Part shown: one piece after another, positions 1-12,979 of the stretch
Layout: each line of letters begins with the position of its first letter
Position numbering within the stretch: position 1 is the first letter of the stretch
Assembly (NCBI GenBank): GCA_964016885.1
Contig: OZ024747.1
Span: 90,148,001-90,212,000, forward strand
DNA: 64,000 nt
Source: Eledone cirrhosa
Taxonomy: Eukaryota
Reading direction: 5' to 3'
Made by a program: the position numbers and the translations under genes
Notes under the pieces: model-generated
Seen by the model: only the letters and a program-made list of their open reading frames with translations
Database searches by the model: none
Told to the model about the DNA's origin: nothing

Positions 1-1488
1 AAACCTTGTAAAGTGGTGAGAGACTAGTGAAGAGTTTAGCGTAAAAGTTGGTGTTCATCAGGGCTCTGTTCTTAGCCCCCTACTATTTATTATTGCCCTA
101 CAGGTTATAACAGTGGAGTTCAAGACCGGCTGCCCATGGGAACTCCTATAAGCAGATGATCTAACGCTCATAGCTGAATCAATGGCCGAGCTAGAGAAGA
201 AATTCCAAACATGGAAGCACGGCCTAGAATCAAAAGGCCTTAAAATTAACCTGGCTAAGACTAAAGTTCTAGTTTGTAGGAAAGAAAATAAGGCGCCGGT
301 CCCTTCCGGGAAATGGCCATGTTCAGTGTGTAGGAAAGGCATAGGTAGAAACTCCATTTTATGTCCCAAATGCAAAGTATGGGTGCATAAAAGATGTAGT
401 GGGATCACAGGTAAGCTAACTAAGAACATAGATTTTACATGTGGCCGGTGCTCTGGTGCAATAAGTAGCAGCAAGTGCCCACAAAATACTAGCTCTTTCA
501 ATTGCGCAGAGGGTTCTATAGAAATAGTGGACAGCTTCCGTTACCTGGGTGACAAAATCAGCAGTGGGGGAGGGTGCTCTGAAAGTACAGTAGCTAGAGT
601 CAGAACTGGATGGAAAAAGTTCAGAGAGCTTATACCACTATTAGCCGCTAAAGGGTTCTCCCTAAAAATGAAAGGCAGGCTGTATGATGCCTGCATACGA
701 ACAGCAATGTTACATGGCAGTGAGACCTGGGCATTGTGTGCAGAGGATATACGCAGACTAGAGAGGAACGAAGCTTGCATGCTCCGCTGGATGTGTAATA
801 GTAATATACACGAACGGCAAAGCAGAAACGAACTAAGGGAAAAATTAGAAATAAGAGGGATCAGATGTTGTTTAGTCGAGAGAAGGCTACGTTGGTATGG
901 TCACGTGATGCGCATGAAAGACGACAGCTGTATAGAAAAGTGCAGGGCAATAAAGATAGACGGTAGCCACGGAGTAGGCAGACCCAGAAAAACGTGGGAC
1001 GACCTGATAAATTCCGACCTCACACACTTACACCTCTCCAAGACAATGTCACTGGACCGAGATCTTTGGCGGTACTCAGTAATAGAGAAGACCCGCCTTA
1101 CCTGAAATACAAAGTAAAACCTACTACAGTCAGTAGGCATCTCTAACAAAACACACCCCCGTCCCACCACCCCCACCCCATCCACACCGCCCCTTTCAAT
1201 GTAAAGTTATGTTGGTGCCACAACACCAGGCCGAAACAAATGAGATCGTGTAGGTGTCACGACAAAAAAACACATAGTCCACGCTGTAATGTGGTCGTGT
1301 AGGCAACACGGTAAAAACCTCCCAGCCCCACACTGTAAATGTGGTTGGTGTTAGGAAGGGCATCCAGCTATAGAAAACCCGCCAGACAGTACTATGCGAG
1401 CAAGACAACCACTCTTGCCTCAAGTGCGAAAACTCCCATCCAAACCCATGCAAGCGTGAACATGGACGTTAAACGATGATGATGATGA

Positions 1489-1492
<4 letters not shown>
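1..1492 (+). mobile_element. RTE-clade LINE, family A, 3' part (RT C-terminal half + 3' UTR + (GAT)n tail); inactivated
   Basis: [11 protein letters not shown] motif. Catalytic YADD has become stop-ADD (TAA at 149-151). ORF 182..1105 is near-identical to the C-terminus of 14735..17710. Tail gatgatgat runs into (AT)n. Confidence 0.95.
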
Positions 1493-1567
<75 letters not shown>

Positions 1568-1569
<2 letters not shown>

Positions 1570-1903
1570 CATATGGCTTAGTGGTTAGAGCATTGGTCTT
1601 GCAATCGAAAGGTTCTGAGTTCAATTTTTAGACTGGCTGATGTGTTGTTTCCTTGAGCAAGACACTTTATTTCACATTGCTCCAGTTTACTCAGCTGTAG
1701 AAATGAGATGATAAGGACTTGGGCCCCTATCTTTCCACTGTAAATTGGTCGTGGAGGTGCCACGGCAAAAAAGCACCCAGCACTCACTGTAAATGAGGTT
1801 GGTGTTAGGAAGGGCATCCAGCTGTAGAAATCAAGCCAGAATCAGTTCCCGTCCCACCCTTGCAAGCAGGGAAAAGTGGGTGTAAAATGAAATGATGAAA
1901 TGA

Positions 1904-1907
<4 letters not shown>
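1568..1907 (+). mobile_element. tRNA-derived SINE with CORE-like central domain and RTE-derived 3' tail
   Basis: A-box tggcttagtgg (1574) and B-box-like gagttcaatt (1617), followed by central ccttgagcaagacact. The 3' part (~1735-1907) matches the RTE family B 3' UTR at 24357-24565. Second copy at 63757-64000. Confidence 0.8.
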
Positions 1908-1960
<53 letters not shown>

Positions 1961-1974
1961 TTTTATTATGGCTA

Positions 1975-2148
1975 AATAGTGAGTCTTGTTATTCTGGAGT
2001 TTCAACTCCAGAGTAACAAGACTCACTATTGAGCTGATCAGTGGCGTTTCGCCACTGATCAGCTCAAGGTTCGATCTATATCGATCCTACCCGACTCAAT
2101 AATCGGCAGCTCGACGGACCCTCGAAGGTCCGTCGAGCTGCCGATTAT
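1975..2148. repeat. Cluster of four adjacent hairpins/palindromes
   Basis: Arms of ~27 bp (1975-2030), 17 bp (2030-2066), ~9 bp imperfect (2067-2088) and 22 bp (2099-2148), embedded in (TA)n. Confidence 0.9.
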
Positions 2149-2619
2149 ATATATATATACACATCTGTGCACACACACACACACACACACACATACACAC
2201 ACACACACACACATATATATACATATGTCTAAATTGCAAGATTGCTGTAGGAAATATCAAGGTATACTGATAGATAGAAAGTTATAAAATGCCATAAAAG
2301 TAAATTCTAGACCATGATTTATATGTCATGCCTTGTAAACTGAAAGATATCAATCAAAGAAATAGGTTGACCAAGACAAAGACATAGAAATAGAATTAGT
2401 CAAATTGGGAAGCATGGAAACAACTGTGATCAGTTTAGTTTCAAGAGACTGTGGCAGTAATAGAGAAGTTAAAGAAAAACGGATATAAATCAAAATGTCA
2501 AAAGCTTACCAGAGAATCCTCTGACCCAAGAACTACACACAAATCTACATTTGGGAAGTAGTATATCCTTCAAATCTGTTGTGTCTGTTTGTTTATATAT
2601 ATATATATGTTTATATATA

Positions 2620-2683
<64 letters not shown>

Positions 2684-2879
2684 TGTATGTATATGTATGT
2701 ATGTATGTAAATAAATGAAATGAAGGAATGCAAACATATATAAATGGCATATTGAAAAGTAGACAGATAATCGCATGCACACATTCTCATGTACAGGCAT
2801 ATAAAAACGTGTTCACCCAGACAGGAGAACACACACACAAGCAGGGAAAAGCAGACATAAAATGATGATGATGATGATG

Positions 2880-2911
<32 letters not shown>

Positions 2912-3289
2912 ATGTATACATACATATATACACACACACACACAATCACAGGTACAAGCATATAAATGTGTTCATCCAGACATACACAGGAGAATAAACA
3001 CACATACACAGGAGAACAAACAAACAAACACCCACACACACATTCACATTCACATCCTTTCTCTTTTTCAGTCACCCTTTGTCTTACTTCACATACACAC
3101 ACATTAATCCTCACTCATTCTCCCCACTCTCCCCTCCCCTCTCTGTCTGTCATATGCCTGGACAATGATAGCCACCATAACTAAAAGTTATGTTAGACAG
3201 TAAAAAAGAAGGAAGCTGATCCAACATACAGTTATTTCCTAGATGTAACACATAATAAATAGAGAGATAAAGAAAATGAAACAAATAAT

Positions 3290-3512
3290 AATAATGGTTT
3301 CTGATTTAGACACAAGGCCAACAATTTTTGGGTGAGAGGAAAGTTGATTAAATTGACCCCAGTACATTACTGGTACTTTATTTTATCGACCCTGTAAGGG
3401 TGAAAGGCAAAGCTAACCTTGGTGAGATTTAAAATCAGAACAGAATGTAAAGGGCCGTAACTCTAGGGAGTGAAGCATGGAGTCTGATGCTCTACCAATA
3501 CTGTCAATCTAG
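3290..3512 (-). mobile_element. tRNA-derived SINE family 2 (diverged copy)
   Basis: Reverse complement of the ttgcctttcatccttacggggtcgataaaataaagtaccag core found in 7 other copies in the window. Confidence 0.8.
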
Positions 3513-3645
3513 CTGTTGAAATGGCCGGAGCTCAGCTGTTGGGGTCCTGAATCTTTTTATATTACCCACTCTACTACCCCAAGTATCAAGTACTCTGGTG
3601 AATTATAGTCCAACTGGTATCTTACCACACCCTCTTTGTTATTCC

Positions 3646-4128
3646 AACCTCACACACTTACACCTCTTCAAGACAATGTCACTGGACCGAGATCTTTGGC
3701 GCTACGCAGTAATACAGAAGACCCGCCTTGCCTAAGTACAAAGCGAAACCTACAGTCGGTAGGCACCTTTTAACCAAAATACCCCCCACCCCACTACACC
3801 TACCCCCACCCCCATCTACACCACCCCTTTCGATGTAAAGTTATGTTGGTACCACAACATCCAGTTCTAAATAAATGAGTTTGTGTAGGTCTCGCGACAA
3901 AAAAAACACACAGTCCACGCTGTAATGTGGCCGTGTAAGTAACACGGTAAAAACCTCCCAGCCCACACTGTAATTGTGGTTGGTGTTAGGAAGGGCATCC
4001 AGCCGTAGAAACCCGCCAGACAGTCCTGAGCAAGACAACCAATCTTGCCTCAAGTGGGACAATTCCCATCCAGACCCATGCTAGCGTGGAAAATGGACGT
4101 TAAACGATGATGATGATGATGATGATGA
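3646..4128 (+). mobile_element. RTE family A-like 3' terminal fragment
   Basis: Aligns to 1015-1492 (last codons, 3' UTR, (GAT)n tail). Confidence 0.9.
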
Positions 4129-5674
4129 TACACACAAGCTAATGCAGGAGATCTCATCATCACTATATGTTTCTATTAGGTTAACTGTGATCTGAGATGA
4201 GGCTTGCTAAGCCTGCATGGTCTCCTTTGTTGGAAATTCCATTGTGGCTTTAGCATATTATTTATGCTAGCAGAAAAAAAAAAAAAATATATATATATAT
4301 ATTTGTGGGCCCTTTAAATATAGTGCATGTGGGAGTTGAGGCTGTGGGTATAGCTCAGTGAGCCGCCACCTCTTAATCTGACACTAGATCTGAGTTGCAG
4401 ATAAGTGATCCTATTTGAGATCACCTAGGGTTACAACTTTCCAATCTACAGTTATGTCTGCAAACCCATAAGTGAGCCTATATATAGTCACTTGAACTGC
4501 TGGAAATAGCAACCCGACAACAATCAAAGGAGATATTGGATAATGTAATCTTATATATATTATGTCTGAAAAAAAAAAGACAATATGGTCATTTGAGTTT
4601 GATCATAAGTCTCATAACTCAGATTTAACCTGGGGTTAAACAACTACAACTCTCATATATGTGTGAAAGAATATTTCTTTATGCTATTGCCTTTGAAAAA
4701 TGAATCTGTTGCTAGAATTCTTTATCATAAATTATATGGTAATAACATCCAGTAAGCTAGTTATGTCAGATGAATGAAACTAAAGAAATCTGAACAAAAT
4801 ATTGGATATGTATATGAAACAAAATAGAAAAACAAACCATAAACTGATAATTAAAGTGTCCTCTATTGTTACCTATCGCTCTGAAGAATGAACCTTTGAA
4901 ATTCAATAAGACCAAATTGCTGGAAGATATCTAATGGATAAAAGAGTCTAAGATACTTCACAGTTACCAATATGTGATATTAAATATCCATTATGTTGAC
5001 TTTGGTGAAAGATAATAAATTCATATAATATGTACAAAATTGTCATTTTCATTAGCTAAATTAATATTTCATCTCATCAGAAATACAGCACATATAGATC
5101 CACTCTCTGATCTAAGCCCAAATTGTGTTCTATTCATGTCTGCATTATCTTCTACTAGTTTTATACTATGACTCTCTTCTCAAACACTGTAATCATCTGG
5201 TCTGTTAGTTTTAGTTCCATATAATGCTTCTTCATTAATATATTATATTTTCCATTAAAGCTGATGATAATGGTGTTGATATAATAATCATTATAAATAA
5301 TAGCTTTTTGCATAATCTGGTTAAATGAGTAATTGTACTAACTCTACTTGAACTGATAACTTCTGTAGCTCAGCAACTATACATGAAGGTCTCATACTCC
5401 ATAGAAACCAGATATTGAGGATGATTATGGCCTGACAAAGTTTGTCCTCTCAGTATAGTCTATTGGTTTTAATTTTAATCTTACTACATTATTGTCTTTT
5501 TTTTTTAAGGTGTTATAATTTTGGTTTAGATTTATTACTTGGTTACAAGTTTCAGGTGTTTGTTGATTAAATATGAAGTGTTTGGAAAATAGTTTTCAAT
5601 GTAGTGGACATTTCAATGTGTTAAACGTTACCAATTTTTTTTTTTTTGTAACTTCAACCAACAACATTATGCAT

Positions 5675-6091
5675 TTAACACTAGCATTTACATTACTTTA
5701 TATTTACTATTGTATTTTTGTGGCAAAGGCTTTATCTCACATAAATATCTCACATAATATTGAATCTATGAGATTTTGATAATGTTATTTATTTTGAAAA
5801 CAATACCTTACCATCAGTATGAGTGGCTGGTTACAGCTGGTTTGAACAGAAAGAGGTGAGAGAATTCTGGCCGGATATTGCTGTTTAAATACTAAAGGGT
5901 TAAATACATCATATACAAAACCCCTTTTTTAAACCGGCCATAACCAGCAGCTTACACTGACGTTAAGATATCGTTCTTAAAATAAACAATAACATCATCA
6001 AAATCTCGTAGACTCAAGATTATGTGAGATAAAGCCTTTACCATGAATATACAATAGTAAATATAGAGTAATGTAAATGCTAAAGGGTTAA
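5675..6091. mobile_element. Two adjacent, oppositely oriented copies of a piggyBac-like MITE
   Basis: Termini ctaaagggTTAA at 5892-5903 and 6080-6091. Same family as 32990-33198. Confidence 0.7.
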
Positions 6092-6228
6092 TGGCTATTT
6101 GACTACTATTTTTAGTAATTCAAGTGACCATGCAGGGCCAGTCTCAGCTGCTTGTTATTGTAATATCTTGGCTATTGTTAGACTGACTAATGAAAGAAAT
6201 ATAAACTCCTGTTGAGTTAACAGAGCCT

Positions 6229-6418
6229 GGTGGATTGGCAGTATCGGTAGATGGTCGGATACCATGTTTTGCAGCAAAGAGTTACAGCCCTTTATGGTCT
6301 GAGTTCAAATCTCGCCGAGGTTAACTTTGCCTTTCATCCTTACGGGGTCGATAAAATAAAGTACTAGTAATACACTGGGATAATTGCTGGCCTTGTGCCA
6401 AAAGTAGAAACAATTATT
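6229..6418 (+). mobile_element. tRNA-derived SINE family 2 (central domain resembles Meta-type SINE domain)
   Basis: A-box-like tggcagtatcgg, B-box gagttcaaatc, core ttgcctttcatccttacggggtcgataaaataaagtac, tail agaaacaattat. Confidence 0.85.
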
Positions 6419-7015
6419 AATCCCATTAATTAATTCATTGATTAAACAATAAAAATATGTAAAATCTTTGAAATTATTGCTATTTCATGAAAGTTTATCA
6501 ATGTCTGAATCAGCAAAAGTTTGGTGACACAATTAGTTATTCTTTCTTATAACCCTGAAAAATATGAGAACACACCCATCTACATAAACAAACATACACA
6601 CACCTCACTCCTCATGCACAAATACACACACACTCATGGACATACAAACACTCACACAGAGAGAGAGAAGGATTTATGTACAAATATGTACACACATAGA
6701 AACTTTACAGTTTTTACACTCATACATCAACAACACCAAGTGTTTTAAGGACATCTCTGTTAAAGCAGGAAGTTAGTCTTGAGGGCTCCATGACAAGCTT
6801 CTTCCTTTTTCCCTGTCATCTGCATTACCCTCATCAACACATTGGTTTTCATTTCCTTCTCTACTAAATTTAACCCAGTTTTTTTTAGGTCTTCTGAACA
6901 TTATCTTTTTATTCCTCTGTTTCTGATGAAGGACTAACATCTGATATGTCAAACATTCTTTTTCAAACAGGAATCTAATAACACTATAGTTATTGTATCT
7001 CTGTGTGCTTTTTAG

Positions 7016-7098
<83 letters not shown>

Positions 7099-7181
7099 CG
7101 TTATTCCGGGTTGAATCGGAGGTAAACACAGTAAGTAAGGTACTCAATACATAGCAGTGTATAAAAGTTTTAATATAGATG

Positions 7182-7232
7182 AGATTCTACAGGACTAGAA
7201 CTGTTTCATTCATTAGAAATCATCAGGAATCT
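7182..7232 (-). ncRNA. Type I hammerhead ribozyme (PLE-1 inverted pLTR)
   Basis: Reverse complement of 19393-19443: AGAUUC-CUGAUGA-UUUCUAAUGAAU-GAAA-CAG-UUCUAGUC-CUG-UA-GAAUCU. Confidence 0.8.
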
Positions 7233-7836
7233 GGGTATCAAAAAATAAATATGGTATTTATAGGTCTCTACAAGTGGTAGGAGAGGGTGGGGAGTGGGAT
7301 GGGTGCAGGTCATTGGTTGATAGAAAAGGGGATTCATTAAAAGCTAATTCTACAAAGCTATAGTTTATTTTTATTTATTTATGTTTTTAGAGTAACAAGG
7401 GCAGACAGAATTCTATAAACAGGTTCCGGATGGCATACCATTCCTTGTCAATAAGTTTCTCTTAAGCTAACAGATGTCTATAAAATCAGTGGGGGGGTCA
7501 GTCATGGTCGATAGAATTAAAGAAAAGGGAGATTCTTTAAAAGCTAATATCATTAAGGTTCTACTAAATGACAAAGGTCTAGAGAATTCTGCAGACAGAT
7601 TCAAAATACTGAGTGCATATCTTACTATTATCTTCGAACTTCTCTTAAACTAATCAACTATATGCCAAAAATCAACAGACACATTCACAAAAAAACAAAA
7701 AAACAAAAAAACACATACTCACTCACACACTTACGCGCAACCATAAACACACACACAAACACATATACACACATAAAAACACACACACATATATAAAAAA
7801 ATATATTCATGTACACACAGATACATACACACATAC

Positions 7837-7883
<47 letters not shown>

Positions 7884-8082
7884 TATATACACACATATAT
7901 ATATACACACACACATATATATATACACATACACACACACATACACATACATACACACACACACACACATATATACACAAATAAATACACTCACACGCAT
8001 ACATACAAACACAAATATACATGTGTATACATATACACACACATACATATAGACATATATACATACACATACACAGACACAT

Positions 8083-8132
<50 letters not shown>

Positions 8133-8198
8133 ACATACATACATACACATATAAATATATACACACACACATACGTATACACATAAATACATATATAT

Positions 8199-8247
<49 letters not shown>

Positions 8248-8249
8248 TG

Positions 8250-8295
<46 letters not shown>

Positions 8296-8304
8296 AAAAA
8301 AAAA

Positions 8305-8844
8305 ACCACACCTAACCTAGCTAGGAATATAGCCAACCACAATTCTAAACTAAATAAGCCAACCACCTCCGAAACCAATCCCCGGACTGGGGCTCTATGT
8401 AATTGCCTAAATAAGGAAGCATGCCCACTTGAAAACAAATGCCTCACAAATGACATCGTATACAAATGCGATGTCATCTCAGGCACCGAGGATTGCAAAA
8501 AAACTTACATCGGCATGACCTCCAACAACTTTAAGACCCGTTGGTATGCCCATACCCACTGCTTCAGAGGACCGGATAAAGCAAATCAGACAACACTCGC
8601 CTCCTACGTTTGGGACCTCAAAAGGAACTCCACCCCCTTCACGCTTAATTGGAAAATACTCCAGAAAGCGCGCTCTTACAACGGAGGACAGAAGGGCTGC
8701 GACCTTTGTATTTCAGAGAGCTACGAAATTTTATTCGCCAAGGGCCCGCTACTGAACAAACTCTCTGAACACTGCCCGAACTGCATGCACAAGAACTTTG
8801 CAACTTTCAAACACTTTAAGCCAGTGTTAAAGCCCGATGGCTAA
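8305..8844 (+). pseudogene. PLE-1 C-terminal GIY-YIG endonuclease fragment
   Basis: Open frame TTPNLARNIANHN...CNCLNKEACPLENKC...IVYKC...TYIGMTSNNFKTRWYAH...CDLC...CMH; 5'-truncated at the inverted pLTR junction. Confidence 0.9.
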
Positions 8845-9061
8845 AAACTGACCTCCCCCTATTGGTCCCTATACCTCCTCCCCACCCTACCCCCACCCCT
8901 CCTCAACCTGAAATACGGCCACTATGGTTATGTGAGTACCTCTTTCGTATCTACATTTTCTGCCTGTAGAGGTGTCTTTATGTGCCTGCGTATATGCGTA
9001 TATTTATTGAGTACCTATTTATTTGTATGTGTATATATTTGTTTGTATGTGTGTATATGTA

Positions 9062-9094
<33 letters not shown>

Positions 9095-9190
9095 GTTTGT
9101 GTGTATATGTGTTTTATGTGTGTATATTTATGTATGTATATGTATGTATATATGTGTGTATATATATGTATATATATATATATATGTGTG

Positions 9191-9226
<36 letters not shown>

Positions 9227-9276
9227 TGTGTATGTATGTATGTTTATGTATGTGTGTGTGTATGTATATGTATGTG

Positions 9277-9315
<39 letters not shown>

Positions 9316-9350
9316 GTGTATGTGTATGTATATGTATATGTTTTTATATA

Positions 9351-9401
<51 letters not shown>

Positions 9402-9444
9402 GTATGTCTGCGTGCGTGTGTGTGTGTGTATATATATATATATG

Positions 9445-9533
<89 letters not shown>

Positions 9534-9543
9534 GTGTGGGCAG

Positions 9544-9576
<33 letters not shown>

Positions 9577-9608
9577 AAGATCAAAAGATGGTTAAAGGAG
9601 TTCAATAT

Positions 9609-9677
9609 ATTTTATTATGCGCATTTCAAAAACAAACATCATCAAACAATAATATTTGTGTTTTCATCAGATAAAAC
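9609..9677 (-). ncRNA. Type I hammerhead ribozyme (PLE-2 3' pLTR)
   Basis: Reverse complement of 12911-12979. Confidence 0.88.
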
Positions 9678-10896
9678 AGGAGAACATGATATGAAGGCTA
9701 AAAAAACACTTGTTGATAGTGCAGTTTTAAATCAACATATGAAAAGTGGTTTTAGATTGATGTGTGATATTGGGAAAAATATTTTATTTAGAGAGGGGGG
9801 GAGAGAAAAGGATGAAAAGGGAAGGAGATGAGAGGGAGAGATGGGTGATAGAGAGAAAGAGATAGTTTTTATAACAGAGAGGAGATATATTTTATATAGA
9901 GGGGTTGAAAACCGTTGGAAGATACTGTATAAATTAAAAATTTTGAAAATTAACGAAGGGAGGATATGTGCGAGGAAAAAATATATTATATTTAGGGAGG
10001 GGTGGGGGTGGAAAGGATGAAAAAAAGGGAGGAGATGAGAGTGAAGGTGGAAAGGGAGAGATGGGTGATAGAGAGAAAGAGATAGTTTTTATAACTGAGA
10101 AAAAGATATAATGTTTTAATATAGAGAGGTTGGGAACCGTTGGAAGATAATGTATAAATTAAAGGAATTTGAAAATTAACGAAGGGAAATTATGTATGGA
10201 GATAGAGAGAAAAAAATAACGAAGGGAGATTATGTATGGAGATAGAGAGAAAAAAATAATAATTGTGGGTGAATATTCAAAAGGAGAAATGTAGGAATCT
10301 TAAAATTAGCAAAGAGAAAAAGTTTATGTATAGGATTTGAGAAAAATTTATATTGAATTCATATGTATTAATAATGAGTTCGTTGATGGGGAGAAAAAAA
10401 TAATAATAATAAATTAAGGATGAAATTGAGATTAAAAAGATTTATGATAGAGAGAAAAAATAATAATGATTGCGGATGAATACTCAAAATGTCAAAAACA
10501 AATGTTATTGTTTTACGAAGAGATATAATGAGGGTGATGAGTAAACGGGTATTATAGAGTGTATAATGCCCTTTAAAGTAAGGTAGATGGGTATATTTTA
10601 AAGAATATATGAGTATATATTAAAAAAAATATATATAATAATAAATTAAGGATGAAATTGAGATTAAAAAGATTTATGATAGAGGGAAAAAAAAAAATAA
10701 TAATGATTGCGGATGAATATTCAAAATGTCAAAAACAAATGTTATTGTTTTACGAGAAGATAGGATGAGGTAAATGAATAAACGAGTACTATAGAGTGTA
10801 TAATGCCCTTTAAAGTAAGGTAGATGGGTATATTTTAAAGAGGTGTATGTATATGTGCCTTTGAGAAAAGATTCTAAATTGATAAAGAATTGAATA

Positions 10897-11895
10897 TTAA
10901 CTGTATACTTTGTGAAAAGTTCTATGGAATTTATGAAGGCAGATGGAAAACAAATCCGAGCGTCTATTTATTATGGATTCTAGGTTAGAGATAATGGTAA
11001 ATTTTTCATTTAGGCAGAGATTACAGATTTTAGATAGAGAACTGTTCAAGTACGAGGATGCAGAAGAAATCTTTTTCCAAAAGATGTTATATTTAATGTT
11101 TTTGTCTTTTAAGGACCATATGAGTTCTGAGAGAGCAGTGTTAGTTCTTTTAAGTTTGTATTTGAAAGATGAATGATGATTATAGAGACGAGCTTTAAAA
11201 GAGGTGGAAGTGGAGCCAAAATAGGTGAAGGAGTTGGTGCTAGTTATAATTTTACATTCATAAATTAAGTTTTTATCGAGGCAATGGTTGTTGAGAGGAC
11301 ATTTATTTTTAATGCGGCAGTTGCAATTAGAGAGATTATTAATGAGTGATCTAGTGTTATCTATAGAAGGAATTGGATTGGAGAAGTTGTTTGCGATAGG
11401 AATAATAGGAATAATAGTTTCTTGATTTAGAGTTGGATTATGAACATTTAGCGAAGTTGTGTTTGACGTTGCATTTGGGTTTACAGAAGTTAGCCTAGGG
11501 TTTACAATGACGTCAGGAGTACTATTATTGTTATTATGAGATTCAATATTGGAAGGAAGAGATTTAGTATTTAATATTTTGTTGTTGTGTTTAGAAATGA
11601 TGTTGGAAATATTGGAGGATGTAGAATACGAAAATTTAATGGTGTGTTTGTTAAATATTTTACTATAGATATGTGAGGGAGGGAAGCATTTATTTAAGGC
11701 ACTAAAAAATAATTTAGGAATATTGTTATTAATAGAGATGGAGAAAGGAGCATTATACCAGATTATGTTTTTGTATCTAGGTCTTTTATTAAAATTATTG
11801 GAATGGTTATGATTAAATATTCTACTGTAAGTTTTCCTAGAATTTGTTTCTTTATTATATTTGATTTTATCTGGATAGCCAGCTTTAGAAAGTGC
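10897..11895 (-). pseudogene. PLE-2 RT-thumb end/linker + GIY-YIG endonuclease fragment (~333 codons, no start Met, not in ORF track)
   Basis: ALSKAGY...KNIIWYNAPFS...FPPSHIYSKIFNKHTIKFSYS...CNCRIKNKCPLNNHC...LIYEC...YFGSTSTSFKARLYNH...CNLC...CLHK..stop. Confidence 0.9.
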
Positions 11896-12910
11896 GTTTT
11901 TCCCTCTATCATAAATCTTTTTAATCTCAATTTCATCCTTAATTTATTATTATATATATTTTTTTTAATATATACTCATATATTCTTTAAAATATACCCA
12001 TCTACCTTACTTTAAAGGGCATTATACACTCTATAATACCCGTTTACTCATCACCCTCATTATATCTCTTCGTAAAACAATAACATTTGTTTTTGACATT
12101 TTGAGTATTCATCCGCAATCATTATTATTTTTTCTCTCTATCATAAATCTTTTTAATCTCAATTTCATCCTTAATTTATTATTATTATTTTTTTCTCCCC
12201 ATCAACGAACTCATTATTAATACATATGAATTCAATATAAATTTTTCTCAAATCCTATACATAAACTTTTTCTCTTTGCTAATTTTAAGATTCCTACATT
12301 TCTCCTTTTGAATATTCACCCACAATTATTATTTTTTTCTCTCTATCTCCATACATAATCTCCCTTCGTTATTTTTTTCTCTCTATCTCCATACATAATT
12401 TCCCTTCGTTAATTTTCAAATTCCTTTAATTTATACATTATCTTCCAACGGTTCCCAACCTCTCTATATTAAAACATTATATCTTTTTCTCAGTTATAAA
12501 AACTATCTCTTTCTCTCTATCACCCATCTCTCCCTTTCCACCTTCACTCTCATCTCCTCCCTTTTTTTCATCCTTTCCACCCCCACCCCTCCCTAAATAT
12601 AATATATTTTTTCCTCGCACATATCCTCCCTTCGTTAATTTTCAAAATTTTTAATTTATACAGTATCTTCCAACGGTTTTCAACCCCTCTATATAAAATA
12701 TATCTCCTCTCTGTTATAAAAACTATCTCTTTCTCTCTATCACCCATCTCTCCCTCTCATCTCCTTCCCTTTTCATCCTTTTCTCTCCCCCCCTCTCTAA
12801 ATAAAATATTTTTCCCAATATCACACATCAATCTAAAACCACTTTTCATATGTTGATTTAAAACTGCACTATCAACAAGTGTTTTTTTAGCCTTCATATC
12901 ATGTTCTCCT

Positions 12911-12979
12911 GTTTTATCTGATGAAAACACAAATATTATTGTTTGATGATGTTTGTTTTTGAAATGCGCATAATAAAAT
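12911..12979 (+). ncRNA. Type I hammerhead ribozyme with palindromic stem III (PLE-2 inverted pLTR)
   Basis: Stem I GUUUUAU/AUAAAAU, CUGAUGA (12918), long stem II, GAAA (12961), stem III AUGCGCAU, cleavage triplet AUA (after 12972). Confidence 0.88.

Noticed and set aside
1568-1630. tRNA gene (also the heads of SINE family 2)
   Set aside because: A/B boxes only, no cloverleaf; continues into SINE body.
10943-11176. Plus-strand 77-aa ORF
   Set aside because: Antisense to the PLE-2 GIY-YIG frame.
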